Of a stretch of DNA of 64,000 nt, positions 42,946-53,200 are shown piece after piece. A program made the position numbers and the translations under genes. The notes under the pieces were generated by a model. That model made no database searches. It saw only the letters and a program-made list of their open reading frames with translations, and was not told the origin of the DNA. The DNA lies in sequence record SRR22947727_339; one strand, written 5' to 3'. Position 1 is the stretch's first letter. The number at the start of each line of letters is the position of its first letter.

Positions 42946-44502
42946 ATGAGTACACAACTGTATACATTCATACGTATGATTAGGACTGGGTGGATTCTAG
43001 CAAGACACGACGCTTTGGTACCATCAGAATATACTAGCTCGGTTCCCATATTAGCTCGTATCTTAGGCCTAATCTCACGAATATTCACTTTACGCAATCT
43101 ATCAATAAACCCTGGTGAAAGGTTAGCTTTAGCTTTAGAGAAATTAGGACCTGCCTACATAAAGTTTGGTCAAATACTTTCTACTCGCGGCGATATGCTT
43201 GATCCAGTTTTTGTTGAAGGTCTATCACGTCTTAAAGATAAAGTACCGCCGTTTTCCATGAAAGCTGCAGAAGATATAATCTTTAAGGAATGGGGCGTTA
43301 AATGGCAAGATAAACTCTCCCACTTTTCACAACCCATAGCAGCAGCCTCTATAGCTCAGGTTCATAAAGCCACTCTTCTGAGTGGCGAAGTTGTAGCTAT
43401 AAAAATACTAAGACCTAATATTCACAAACGAATGCGTAATGATATGGATGTACTGCACATGGTAGCAGGAATGGCAGAAAGCTTAATTCCATCATCTAGG
43501 CGTCTTGGTCCTAAAAAATTTGTTGAGACAGCCGACAGGGCAGTTATGTTAGAGCTTGATTTAAGACTGGAAGCTTCAGCAGCCTCTGAATTATCAGAAC
43601 CTTCAAAAGAAACAGGATTATTTAATGTACCAAAAATTTACTGGAACCATGGCAGTAAAAATATTTTGGTAACCGAATGGATTGAAGGCACTGCAGTTTC
43701 AGATAAAAAAATACTTGAAAAAGATAGGTTTAATCAAAAAGAAATAGCAAAGAAAGTTATGCAAAGTTTTCTTGCCTGCTCATTTGATTACGGAGTTTTT
43801 CATGCAGACATGCATGAAGGTAACATGATCATTGATTCGGATGAACAACTTTGGTTGGTGGATTTTGGAATTCTTGGTAGACTTGCGCCAGCGGAACAGC
43901 GTTTTCATGCAGAGATACTCTATGGCTTTCTAATGCGGGATTATACAAGAATAGCAGAGGTGCATTTTGAAGCTGGATACGTGCCAAAAAATCATTCAAT
44001 TGAAGATTTTGCGAGTGCCTTACGTTCTGTAGGCGAACCCATATTTGGTCAAACTGCCGAAAATGTAGCTATGACAAAGGTACTACTTCAATTATTCGAA
44101 ATTACAGAAATATTTGATATGCAAATGCAACCCCAACTTATTATGTTACAAAAGACAATGATGCAAACAGAGGGTGTATGTCGTCGTTTAGACCCTGAAT
44201 TTGATATGTGGGAGATAAGTAGACCAATAGTAGAAAAGTCTATGCAACGTGAACTTGGTCCACAAGGGCACATAAACGACTTGCTACGTGGCCTAAATAA
44301 AGCAAGGCGCACATTAGAAATACTTCCCGATGCTACAAAAGATATTGCAGCATTAGCAAAGGCATGGAGTAAAGGAGAGATAGATTTAACAAAAAATAAA
44401 ATGAATATTGATAAGAGCCCGTCTTATCACTCATGGAAAACCATGGCTATATTGTCATCCACTATTGTTGTTGTTATGAGTGGCATATGGTTAGTAGGCT
44501 AA
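42946..44502 (+). CDS. ubiB: Ubiquinone biosynthesis kinase-like protein UbiB
   Basis: LGPAYIKFGQILSTR, AAASIAQVH, VAIKILRP, FHADMHEGN and DFG. Confidence 0.92.
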   Translation: MSTQLYTFIRMIRTGWILARHDALVPSEYTSSVPILARILGLISRIFTLRNLSINPGERLALALEKLGPAYIKFGQILSTRGDMLDPVFVEGLSRLKDKVPPFSMKAAEDIIFKEWGVKWQDKLSHFSQPIAAASIAQVHKATLLSGEVVAIKILRPNIHKRMRNDMDVLHMVAGMAESLIPSSRRLGPKKFVETADRAVMLELDLRLEASAASELSEPSKETGLFNVPKIYWNHGSKNILVTEWIEGTAVSDKKILEKDRFNQKEIAKKVMQSFLACSFDYGVFHADMHEGNMIIDSDEQLWLVDFGILGRLAPAEQRFHAEILYGFLMRDYTRIAEVHFEAGYVPKNHSIEDFASALRSVGEPIFGQTAENVAMTKVLLQLFEITEIFDMQMQPQLIMLQKTMMQTEGVCRRLDPEFDMWEISRPIVEKSMQRELGPQGHINDLLRGLNKARRTLEILPDATKDIAALAKAWSKGEIDLTKNKMNIDKSPSYHSWKTMAILSSTIVVVMSGIWLVG

Positions 44503-44532
44503 AGTTAGAAATAGGTATATGAGGCATAATAA

Positions 44533-45450
44533 ATGAATTTAGAAAATATAATTTCTGCTAAAGTAACTTTGTTTGCTCTACCCATATTCTTTATCGCAAT
44601 CTTTATAGAAATATTGGCTAAAAAAATATTGAATGCTCGCGGTACACTTCACTCCAAAGATGACTCCGTTAGTATTTTTATGGGATTAATGAGTGTAGTT
44701 ACAAACGGAGCGGCTGCTTTTATTACTCTGGGAATGCTCCTTTGGGCGGAACAATTTAAGATATTTGATTTACCACTTACTATAACAGTTATTATTGCAT
44801 GTTTTATTTTAGATGATCTTCGTTACTATTTACATCATAGGATTGCACATAGATGCCGTTGGCCATGGGCAATGCATATAATTCATCACTCAAGTCAAAG
44901 ATATTCGCTTGCAGTTGCATTAAGGCAAGGCTGGACTAAACACTTTACAGGTACAACAGTTTTAAAAATTCCTTTGGTTCTTGTTGGATTTGATCCAATA
45001 CTAGTTATATTTTGCGGAGCATTAAACGCAGTATATCAATTCTTTTTACATACTGAAACTATACATAAATTACCAAAATGGTTTGAAGCAGTATTTAATA
45101 CCCCTTCCCATCACAGGGTACATCACGGTAAAAATCCTGAATATCTCGATAGTAACTATGCTGGAACTTTTATTATTTGGGATAAGATTTTTGGTACATT
45201 TGTCCCGGAAAATGAAAACTCCTATCCCGACTATGGATTAGTCAAAGATTTTGAAACCTTTAATCCTTTTAAAATTTTTATTCATGAGTATTGGGGCATA
45301 CTAAAGGATGTTTTTGGAAACAAAAGATCCATAAAAGACAGAATACTTTACATAGTTGCACCTCCTGGTTGGAGCCATGACAATTCACGAAAGACATCTA
45401 ATGATATAAAACGTGAGTATTATAAAATGCTGCAAGAACAAAAAACTTAG
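44533..45450 (+). CDS. Fatty acid hydroxylase/sterol desaturase family di-iron enzyme, alkylglycerol monooxygenase-like
   Basis: His boxes HHRIAH, HIIHHSS, FLHTE and HHRVHH; ALRQ and NYAG..IIWDKIFGTF. Confidence 0.82.
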   Translation: MNLENIISAKVTLFALPIFFIAIFIEILAKKILNARGTLHSKDDSVSIFMGLMSVVTNGAAAFITLGMLLWAEQFKIFDLPLTITVIIACFILDDLRYYLHHRIAHRCRWPWAMHIIHHSSQRYSLAVALRQGWTKHFTGTTVLKIPLVLVGFDPILVIFCGALNAVYQFFLHTETIHKLPKWFEAVFNTPSHHRVHHGKNPEYLDSNYAGTFIIWDKIFGTFVPENENSYPDYGLVKDFETFNPFKIFIHEYWGILKDVFGNKRSIKDRILYIVAPPGWSHDNSRKTSNDIKREYYKMLQEQKT

Positions 45451-45476
45451 TCAGCTGATATAGAGAGAAGTCTCGC

Positions 45477-46064
45477 ATGCCTCCTAGTTTTGCTATAACT
45501 GAATTACTGATTGTTTTAACTGCATCTTTCTGCAGTCTAAAACTCAGGAAGTGTTATCCTTTTGCTGCAATTGGCATAATACTGTTTGGCCTTGCTGCAC
45601 TAATAGGCGTTTACAGGTTTTTAAGTGGTGAAGTAGAACAGCTAGCCTCAATACATAAATACTTCAGCCAAGCTGGCGCACTTTTAGGACTAATATTAAT
45701 TACAAAAGAAATAATATTAGCTCAAGCATCAAAAGCGGTACAAATCTCCATTGAAAAAGCTGGTTATGCAATAATAATCATTGCCCTATTTTTCGTGAAT
45801 ATTTTTCATAGCATTATAATACATACTTTTATTCTATGCGCTTTAGTGAGTGTTTTCTTTGCTTGCAGATTAGCTATAAAAGACAATGTTAAAAAACTTT
45901 TTTTCTTTTCTATCATGAGTCTTATGCCGCTTAATTTAATTTTCGTACGTAACTCAGAGTTTTTAAGCCAAATTATGAGTTGGCATGTGTTTCATGCCAT
46001 TGTTGCTGCTTGGATTTATGGCATTTATTATATACTAAACTCATCGTCACCTAGTATAAATTAA
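45477..46064 (+). CDS. Multi-pass membrane protein of unknown function
   Basis: About 6 hydrophobic segments; His residues in LASIHK and WHVFH. Confidence 0.65.
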   Translation: MPPSFAITELLIVLTASFCSLKLRKCYPFAAIGIILFGLAALIGVYRFLSGEVEQLASIHKYFSQAGALLGLILITKEIILAQASKAVQISIEKAGYAIIIIALFFVNIFHSIIIHTFILCALVSVFFACRLAIKDNVKKLFFFSIMSLMPLNLIFVRNSEFLSQIMSWHVFHAIVAAWIYGIYYILNSSSPSIN

Positions 46065-46066
46065 AT

Positions 46067-46531
46067 TTAGTTACGGTTACACCATAAAGGCTTTCTTTCA
46101 ATAGAGCGTCCATTTTCATGTTTCCAAGATCTAAAAAAACCCCTTCTTAATCCAATTACGGCAATATCCTTACCATTAACATTTAAATCAACAACAAGCC
46201 TACCATAGCGATCCTCACCATAGTTTTTTGAAATATTTATATCAGCATTATTAGTTAAAGAAGTAACAAATTCTTTTGCCTGTTTTCCAAGTTCCACTTC
46301 TTCAGGGCATTTAGCTCCACTTCTTTGACCTAATCGACCTGATTCTGGGGCATCAATATTTGCAAGTCTAAATTTTACACCATCAATTTTACCGCTATCA
46401 CCATCAGACCAATAAATAGAAGATTCTTGTATGGAATTACTAATTGCTGAAAAAGAAAAAGTTAGGAATAGAATTGGGATTAACACCACTAGAAAATTTT
46501 TTAAAGTTTTGAAATTAATATTTATTATCAT
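46067..46531 (-). CDS. Exported thermonuclease (SNase-like) family nuclease
   Basis: Signal/anchor helix; DGDS, RLANIDAPE and DRYGR motifs; start is 46531 (ATG) or 46549 (GTG). Confidence 0.85.
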   Translation of the reverse strand: MIININFKTLKNFLVVLIPILFLTFSFSAISNSIQESSIYWSDGDSGKIDGVKFRLANIDAPESGRLGQRSGAKCPEEVELGKQAKEFVTSLTNNADINISKNYGEDRYGRLVVDLNVNGKDIAVIGLRRGFFRSWKHENGRSIERKPLWCNRN

Positions 46532-46541
46532 AAAATCTAAT

Positions 46542-47909
46542 CTACTCACTTATAGAGACTGTCTTAATATTACAAAATGCTCGCAAACCCTCTGCAGCTA
46601 ATTCTCTGCCATAGCCTGAACGTTTAACGCCACCAAAGGGTAATCTAGGGTCGGATGAAGTCATTGCATTTATAAATGTAGCGCCAGCTTCAATATCATT
46701 TATAGCCTGTTTTTGTTCGTCTAAGTCAGCAGTCCATACAGAAGAACCAAGTCCAAAAGGGCTATCATTTGCTAGTTCTATAGCTTCCTGTATAGATTTT
46801 ACTTTATACAAACCTGCAATAGGAGCAAATATCTCTTCTCTATATATTCTAGCAGACATTGGGATTTTTTCTATAATGCCTGGTTGTAAAAAACAACCTG
46901 GTCCTTCAATCGCCTTACATCCACATAGCAATTGAGCACCACAGTCTAGAGCATCTTTTACTTGATCTAAAACTTCTTTTAAACTTGATGGGTTCACAAG
47001 AGGCCCAATATCCGTTTCAGAATTCATAGGATCACCAATTTTTAGAGAATTAAAATTTTTGATTAATTTTTCTTTAAAGGCCTCATAGATTTCGGCGTGT
47101 ACTATGAAGCGTTTTGCAGCAATGCAACTTTGACCATTATTTTGAGTGCGAGCTATTGTACCAACTGCAGCTGATTTTTCGAGGTCAGCACTCGGCATAA
47201 CAATAAATGCATCTGATCCACCTAACTCTAACACTGTGGGCTTAATTTCTTGGCCGCAAATTGTTGCAACAGATGATCCTGCTATCTCAGAACCTGTGAG
47301 AGTGGCCGCTCTAACATTTTCATTTCTCAAAACGCGTTCAACTTTAGAGTTAGATATGATTAAAGTTTGAAATACGCCATCAGGAAAACCAGCACGCTTA
47401 AAGATATCCTCTAAGTACAAAGCACATTGTGTTACATTAGATGCATGTTTTAACAAAACTGTATTACCGGCCATTATAGCAGGAGCTGCAAATCTAATAA
47501 CCTGCCATACAGGGTAGTTCCAAGGCATTACGGCGAGAATAGGTCCTAAGGGTTGATAAGACCGGTAAGATTTAAGAGCGTTAGTCTTAATGATTTCATC
47601 TGCCATATAATCTTTAGCAGTTACGGCGTAATGCTCAGCTCCAAGTGCAGATTTTTTTATTTCGGCAATTGCTGATTTATGAGTCTTGCCCATCTCTTGG
47701 GTTAATATCTTTCCTAATTTTACGCTCTCTTCATTTAATATATTTGCAACGGCCATCATGCACTTAGTCCGTCTATTAATTGAAAATTTTTTTAGCTCTT
47801 TATATGAAAAGTAAGAATTTGATATAAGACCATCAACAAACTCATCAGAATAACTTTCAAATTGTTTGATAATTTCACCCGTTGAAGGGTTGCGTGAAAC
47901 TATTGACAT
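46542..47909 (-). CDS. NAD(P)-dependent succinate-semialdehyde dehydrogenase-like ALDH (Sad/GabD1 type)
   Basis: AVMPWNYP, LKHASN, TGS, LELGGSD, NNGQSCIAAKR, EEIFAP and PFGGVKRSGYGRE; ATG 47909 overlaps the peptidase stop codon (TAATG). Confidence 0.85.
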   Translation of the reverse strand: MSIVSRNPSTGEIIKQFESYSDEFVDGLISNSYFSYKELKKFSINRRTKCMMAVANILNEESVKLGKILTQEMGKTHKSAIAEIKKSALGAEHYAVTAKDYMADEIIKTNALKSYRSYQPLGPILAVMPWNYPVWQVIRFAAPAIMAGNTVLLKHASNVTQCALYLEDIFKRAGFPDGVFQTLIISNSKVERVLRNENVRAATLTGSEIAGSSVATICGQEIKPTVLELGGSDAFIVMPSADLEKSAAVGTIARTQNNGQSCIAAKRFIVHAEIYEAFKEKLIKNFNSLKIGDPMNSETDIGPLVNPSSLKEVLDQVKDALDCGAQLLCGCKAIEGPGCFLQPGIIEKIPMSARIYREEIFAPIAGLYKVKSIQEAIELANDSPFGLGSSVWTADLDEQKQAINDIEAGATFINAMTSSDPRLPFGGVKRSGYGRELAAEGLRAFCNIKTVSISE

Positions 47910-49939
47910 TAAAAACAATCATTTTCTAAGAAGTTTTCTATAGCTGTTAGCTTTTGAGTTTGCATCTTGGGCGTCCAAGGTAAGCTATGAGGCATATCTT
48001 TAATAACTACTAACTTAGATTTAACTTTTCGTTTCATTTTTCTATGTAAATCTTTTGCATGAAACATAGGAACTCTTACGTCACGGTCACCGTGAAATAT
48101 TAGTAATGGTATTTCTGCATTATCAGTGTTTTTGAGAGGATCAGTGCCCTTAACAGTTTTTCCTTGATAAGCGCGCTGTACTGGATTTCCACTCCAGGAC
48201 CTACCCAATTTAGTAAGATCAGAAACACCCGCTCCGCCAATGGCGCAGGCATATGGACTATTGCTTCGTGTGGCAGCTGAAAATGCAGCAAAACCACCGT
48301 AAGAGTATCCAAATATAGCAATTTTATCTTCGTCAGCATAGCCTTGATCCACCATCCAAGCTGCGCCATCATCTTTATCATCTTGCATTTTTTGACCCCA
48401 CTCAGCATCACCTGCTAGCCAAAGCTCTCGTCCCCAGCCTAGGCTACCTCTGTATTGAGGTCTCAAGACTGCAAAACCCCGCGAAGTTAAAAAAGGAACC
48501 CAGCCTGACGGATCCCATGAACCTTCATCACGCGCCCAAGGGCCGCCATGAGGATGTATTACAGCAGGAGGTGCTTTATCACCTGCTTGCCAACCTGCTG
48601 GCATCGTTAGCAATCCGGGTATTTTGAGACCATCACGCGCGGTGTAATAGATTAGTTTGGTGTCCACTAAGTTATTTTTTTCTAACTCAGGGTAAGCCGA
48701 CCCAAGTTTTTTTAAAGACTCACCTTTAGAATACAAATAATAAGTCGGCGGAGTACTATCACTTTGAACTGTGATAACCACTTTTTTCCTATCATTGCTC
48801 CAGCTGGAGAAACTTACCTGTTTATTTGGAAAATAATTCTCAAAAGTTTTTTGCAGATTTCTTAAATCATTATCAAACCATACTGCTTGAGAAAAAAGCC
48901 CCGAAACAGAGTAACCAAGAACGGTCCCAAAATCTGCTTCGTTATCACTTGTGATTAAGCTGTTTATATTAAAATCAGCATTAGTAATTAACGGCTCATC
49001 TGCATATTCTTCTTTTACAGAGTCGTATTCATAAATTCGGGACTTATCGCTGAATTGGTTGGTTCTAACGTAGTATTTTCCAGTTAACTCATTTTTACCA
49101 AGTAAAGATATACTGTGCCTATCTTTAGAGTCAGAAGTCAGCTTATCGTGAACTTTGAAGCTGCCATTTTCATCAACTATCAGCCTTTGGTCTTTGTAAC
49201 GACCCGAACTGTAATCAGCTCCAGACTTTGTAAGAACATCACCGGTACGAGGATCTAATAAGCCTATTGAGTCAAACCCTCTGTTTTTAAACAAAGTTTC
49301 TGATGACCCAGTTTTTAAATTGTATTTTACGTAATTAGTTGCATTAGCAAATAAACCACTTTTATTAGAAATTATTACATTTTCAGGGTCCAATGGCAGA
49401 TCAGCAGCAATGCTGCCCGTCCCTAGCATTTCCCCGCAGATTCGCTCATATTCAGACATATCTCGGCTATTGTTGTTACCCGCAAAAGGTTCGGAAAAAC
49501 CTGAAAATTCTGTATCTGTAACAAAAATTTTACTCAAATATGTTTTCGTTGAACCAATACTTTTACCTTCACCGCATCCTGCTAATGCACCTGTCCATTT
49601 TGTGCGCGCAAATACCAATATTTTCCCAGCCTTTAGAGCTTGAGCAGCTACAAATTCAACATCGCGGTCAGGTTTAGTAAATTTGGGAGGTATAGAAAGG
49701 TCTCTAGGATCCCAAACTGTGAGGGATAACTTGTCATCACCTGGCTGGCTAGTGAGTCCAACAAGGTAATCACCATCTCTTGATATTGAAAAATTTGTTA
49801 ACGCAGGCAACTTAGAGAGCGTCTTTACAGGTATTACATCCTGGGCGTGCGAAACGTTTATACCCGCAAAAGTTAAAAAAAATGCTAATATAAGTGCAAT
49901 ACATACTAGCACAGGTTGATAATTTTTAAGATTTAACAA
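47909..49939 (-). CDS. Exported S9 family (prolyl oligopeptidase/acylaminoacyl peptidase) serine peptidase
   Basis: Signal peptide ending SHA-Q, PHGGPW, GYSYGG nucleophile, HGDRDVRV (Asp) and PH (His). Confidence 0.88.
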   Translation of the reverse strand: MLNLKNYQPVLVCIALILAFFLTFAGINVSHAQDVIPVKTLSKLPALTNFSISRDGDYLVGLTSQPGDDKLSLTVWDPRDLSIPPKFTKPDRDVEFVAAQALKAGKILVFARTKWTGALAGCGEGKSIGSTKTYLSKIFVTDTEFSGFSEPFAGNNNSRDMSEYERICGEMLGTGSIAADLPLDPENVIISNKSGLFANATNYVKYNLKTGSSETLFKNRGFDSIGLLDPRTGDVLTKSGADYSSGRYKDQRLIVDENGSFKVHDKLTSDSKDRHSISLLGKNELTGKYYVRTNQFSDKSRIYEYDSVKEEYADEPLITNADFNINSLITSDNEADFGTVLGYSVSGLFSQAVWFDNDLRNLQKTFENYFPNKQVSFSSWSNDRKKVVITVQSDSTPPTYYLYSKGESLKKLGSAYPELEKNNLVDTKLIYYTARDGLKIPGLLTMPAGWQAGDKAPPAVIHPHGGPWARDEGSWDPSGWVPFLTSRGFAVLRPQYRGSLGWGRELWLAGDAEWGQKMQDDKDDGAAWMVDQGYADEDKIAIFGYSYGGFAAFSAATRSNSPYACAIGGAGVSDLTKLGRSWSGNPVQRAYQGKTVKGTDPLKNTDNAEIPLLIFHGDRDVRVPMFHAKDLHRKMKRKVKSKLVVIKDMPHSLPWTPKMQTQKLTAIENFLENDCF

Positions 49940-50204
49940 AATTCATCTCCAATTTTTGTAATTTACCTAAACAAAAAATATGGTTCATAACAAGCAAAAT
50001 ATATTTGATAACCTTGATGAAATTAAACTACTATTATTAAAGCCCATAAATTATGTGATAAAATAACAACACATTAGCTATAAAGTCTTAATTAATGACC
50101 TACTGTGTTGACCCTGCATCTGTATGATGGCAGTTGCTCAGAGTAACATTATATATTTAATGATACCATTAATAATGGCCAAACGTCGAACAAAGGGACT
50201 CGTA

Positions 50205-53200
50205 ATGGACACAAAACTATTTTTAAAGGCGCTACTACAAACGTCTGCAATCACAGCCGTAGCAGTTGGCTCAGCCTTCGCTCAAGATAACGACAGCGAT
50301 TCAACTGAAGCTAATGAAGTTGTTGTAACAGGATCACGCATTAAAAGTGATACATTCTCTAGCCCAGTGGCTATTGATGTTCTTACAGTAGAAGATGCCA
50401 AAATTGAAGGTATCGCTGACTTAGGCGGCTTACTTCAAACAAGCACTGCGGCTTCAGGGTCATCTCAGATAACATCAGCTGTTTCAGCAGCCTTTGTTTC
50501 TGATGGCGGACTTGGCGCTGAAAGTGTTGGTCTTCGTGGATTAGCTGCTAACCGTACTCTCGACCTGATTAACGGCAGAAGAGCCGGACCTTCAGGTGTT
50601 CGTGGATCAATCAACACATTTGACCTTAACTCTATCCCGCTTGCTGGTATTGAACGTGTTGATATTCTTAAAGACGGCGCATCATCAATTTATGGTTCTG
50701 ATGCGATCGCAGGTGTTATTAACTATATCACAAATAAATCAGATGGCGGCGAGATTGATGCTTATACATCAGTTTCGGAAGATAGCGGCGGAGAGCAGTA
50801 TCGTTTGAGCGGATCATGGGGTCAAACTTTTGATAAAGGTCGTTTCCGAGTAACAGGTGACTATTTCAAAGAAGAAGAGTTAGCACGAGGCGATCGTGAT
50901 TATTTAGATTGTGATGAAGCTTATGCATTTAGTCCCGACACAGGCGGAAGAATAGACGTTATCGACCCTAGAACCGGCGAATATCAATGCCGTGACTTAA
51001 TATGGGGTCACATCTGGATATATGACTACTCTGGAAATAATAACACACCAGACTCATTTCCAAACATTGCTCAATATGATTACGATGGATCATTAGCAGC
51101 CGCCGGTCTGCCAGGGTACATACAAAACGCCGGCGGCGGAGTTGAAGCTCCTGCAGGATGGTTCCCAATCTATTATGACCAAGCGGACATCGCAGGTAAC
51201 CCAACTTTTGCAGGATATGACGTAGGTGATAGAGCCCGCGGACTTGTAAACTACGATCACCCTTTCCAAGATGAAGAAACACTTTCGCCTTCAACAGGGC
51301 GATACACTTTCATGTTTGATGGTGATTATGAGATTAACTCAAATATTACTGCATATGGTGAGGCATTATTTAACCGCCGCGTAACAAAATCTAATGGTTA
51401 CAGACAGTACTGGAACTATTCTTATGGTGAAACCAGCTTCGGCGGAGACGGAACTTTAGGTACAAATAACGCAGGTGCTGGATGGGGCGGAGACGCTTGG
51501 TTCTCACCAACAGCCATTACTGATATCAACGATTCAAAGACTGAAATCGATTATATGCGTTTTGTTGGCGGTATTAAAGGTGAGCTCGGTGAAGACTCAC
51601 TCTTACCAGGGTGGTCTTGGGATGTTTACGCACAGCATTCAGATAGCTCAGGTAAATATACAAGGGATCAGATCTATAATGACTCCATCAAAAATTATAA
51701 TATTTTTGGAGCTGATAGCTTGGGTTCAACTGGTCCATGCGCAGCCATAAACGGCGGAATGACTTCTGGTTCCACTGGAAATGGCGTAACAGTTGATGGG
51801 CGTCCATGTGTGGATGTTCCTTGGTTCAGTGCCGATTTAATGAATGGTGTAATGTCCAATGAAGTACGTGATTTCTTATTCTTCGAATCACAAGGAAAAA
51901 CTGATTATACTCAAACAACCTTAGAAGGATTTGTATCTGGTGACCTCATTAAAGCCCCTGCCGGCGATATTGCGGCTGCGGTAGGCGTCTTCTATCAGCG
52001 TGATGAAATTAATGATGTTCCAGATGACCAGGTTCTTGCTGGAAATGTCTGGGGTTCATCTTCAGCTGGCATCACAGCGGGTGCACAATCATCGAAAGCT
52101 ATCTACGGTGAGCTTTCAGTACCGCTAGCTAAAGGCGCTACATTCTTTGAAAGTCTGAATGCTACACTTTCCGGTAGATATACAGAAATTCAAACAGTGA
52201 CGACAGCTGGAGACACAGAAAGTACAGATGGTTTCAACTATAGAGCAACAGTAGATTGGCAAACAATACCATCTCTTCGTTTGCGTGCTTCAACAGGTAC
52301 ATCTTTCAGAGCGCCTGGTTTGTTTGAACAATTCCTCGGAAACGAAACTAGTTTTGCGAGTCAACGGTCAATTGACCCGTGTTTCCAGTGGGGTGACGCA
52401 TTATCAAGTGGTGCCATTACGCAAAGAGTTGCTGATAACTGCGCTGCTGACGGCATAAGAGATGATCACGGACCTGCGATATCAGCGGACGTATTCCGCG
52501 GTGGCGGTTTTGGAGTTCTAATCCCTGAAACATCTAGAAACTATACAGTCGGTGGTGTATGGACACCAGACTTTGCTGACTTGAGCGTTGCACTAGATTA
52601 CTTTGATATCACAATTAAGGATGAAATCTCAACATTAAGTGCTGGTGCAATTCTAAGTGGTTGTTATTCTTCGGAGAACTTCTCAACTGAGCCGCTCTGT
52701 AACTTCTTTAACAGAAACCCTCCAGGGCCTGGCGCTGATGATTCCCGTATTACCGACGTAACAGCGACTTTCATCAACGTAAACCGTCAAGAGAACAGAG
52801 GTCTTGATCTTACAGTTCGTTATGGTCAAGATACACAGTTTGGTCGCTTAGAAATCAATGCTCAAGCTACTCATCAATTGGAATCAAGGGGTCTGTTGTT
52901 GGCAGATGACTCAGTTGAAGACTTTAACGGTGAACTAGGTGAGCCTAAAACAACTGGTTTCATGAACATTACTTTACAGCCAAGCGACAGATGGCGTGTA
53001 CGCTGGAGTGTTAACCACATTGGCCGTACTTCAAACAACATGCGTGCCGATCGCAACAACCCAAGTCCAACTCTCTACGGCGTACCTGCAAAGTATAAGA
53101 ACTTTACAGAGTCAACGACTTATCACGGTATATCCGGTGAGTATTCATTAGATGGCGGATGGACTTTCAGAGCAGGTATTAACAACCTCTTTGATGAGCA

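Noticed and set aside
49940-50204. Possible riboswitch (cobalamin or TPP) or Fur box upstream of the TBDR
   Set aside because: No B12-box or TPP core motifs and no convincing palindrome were seen; an Rfam cmscan would settle it.
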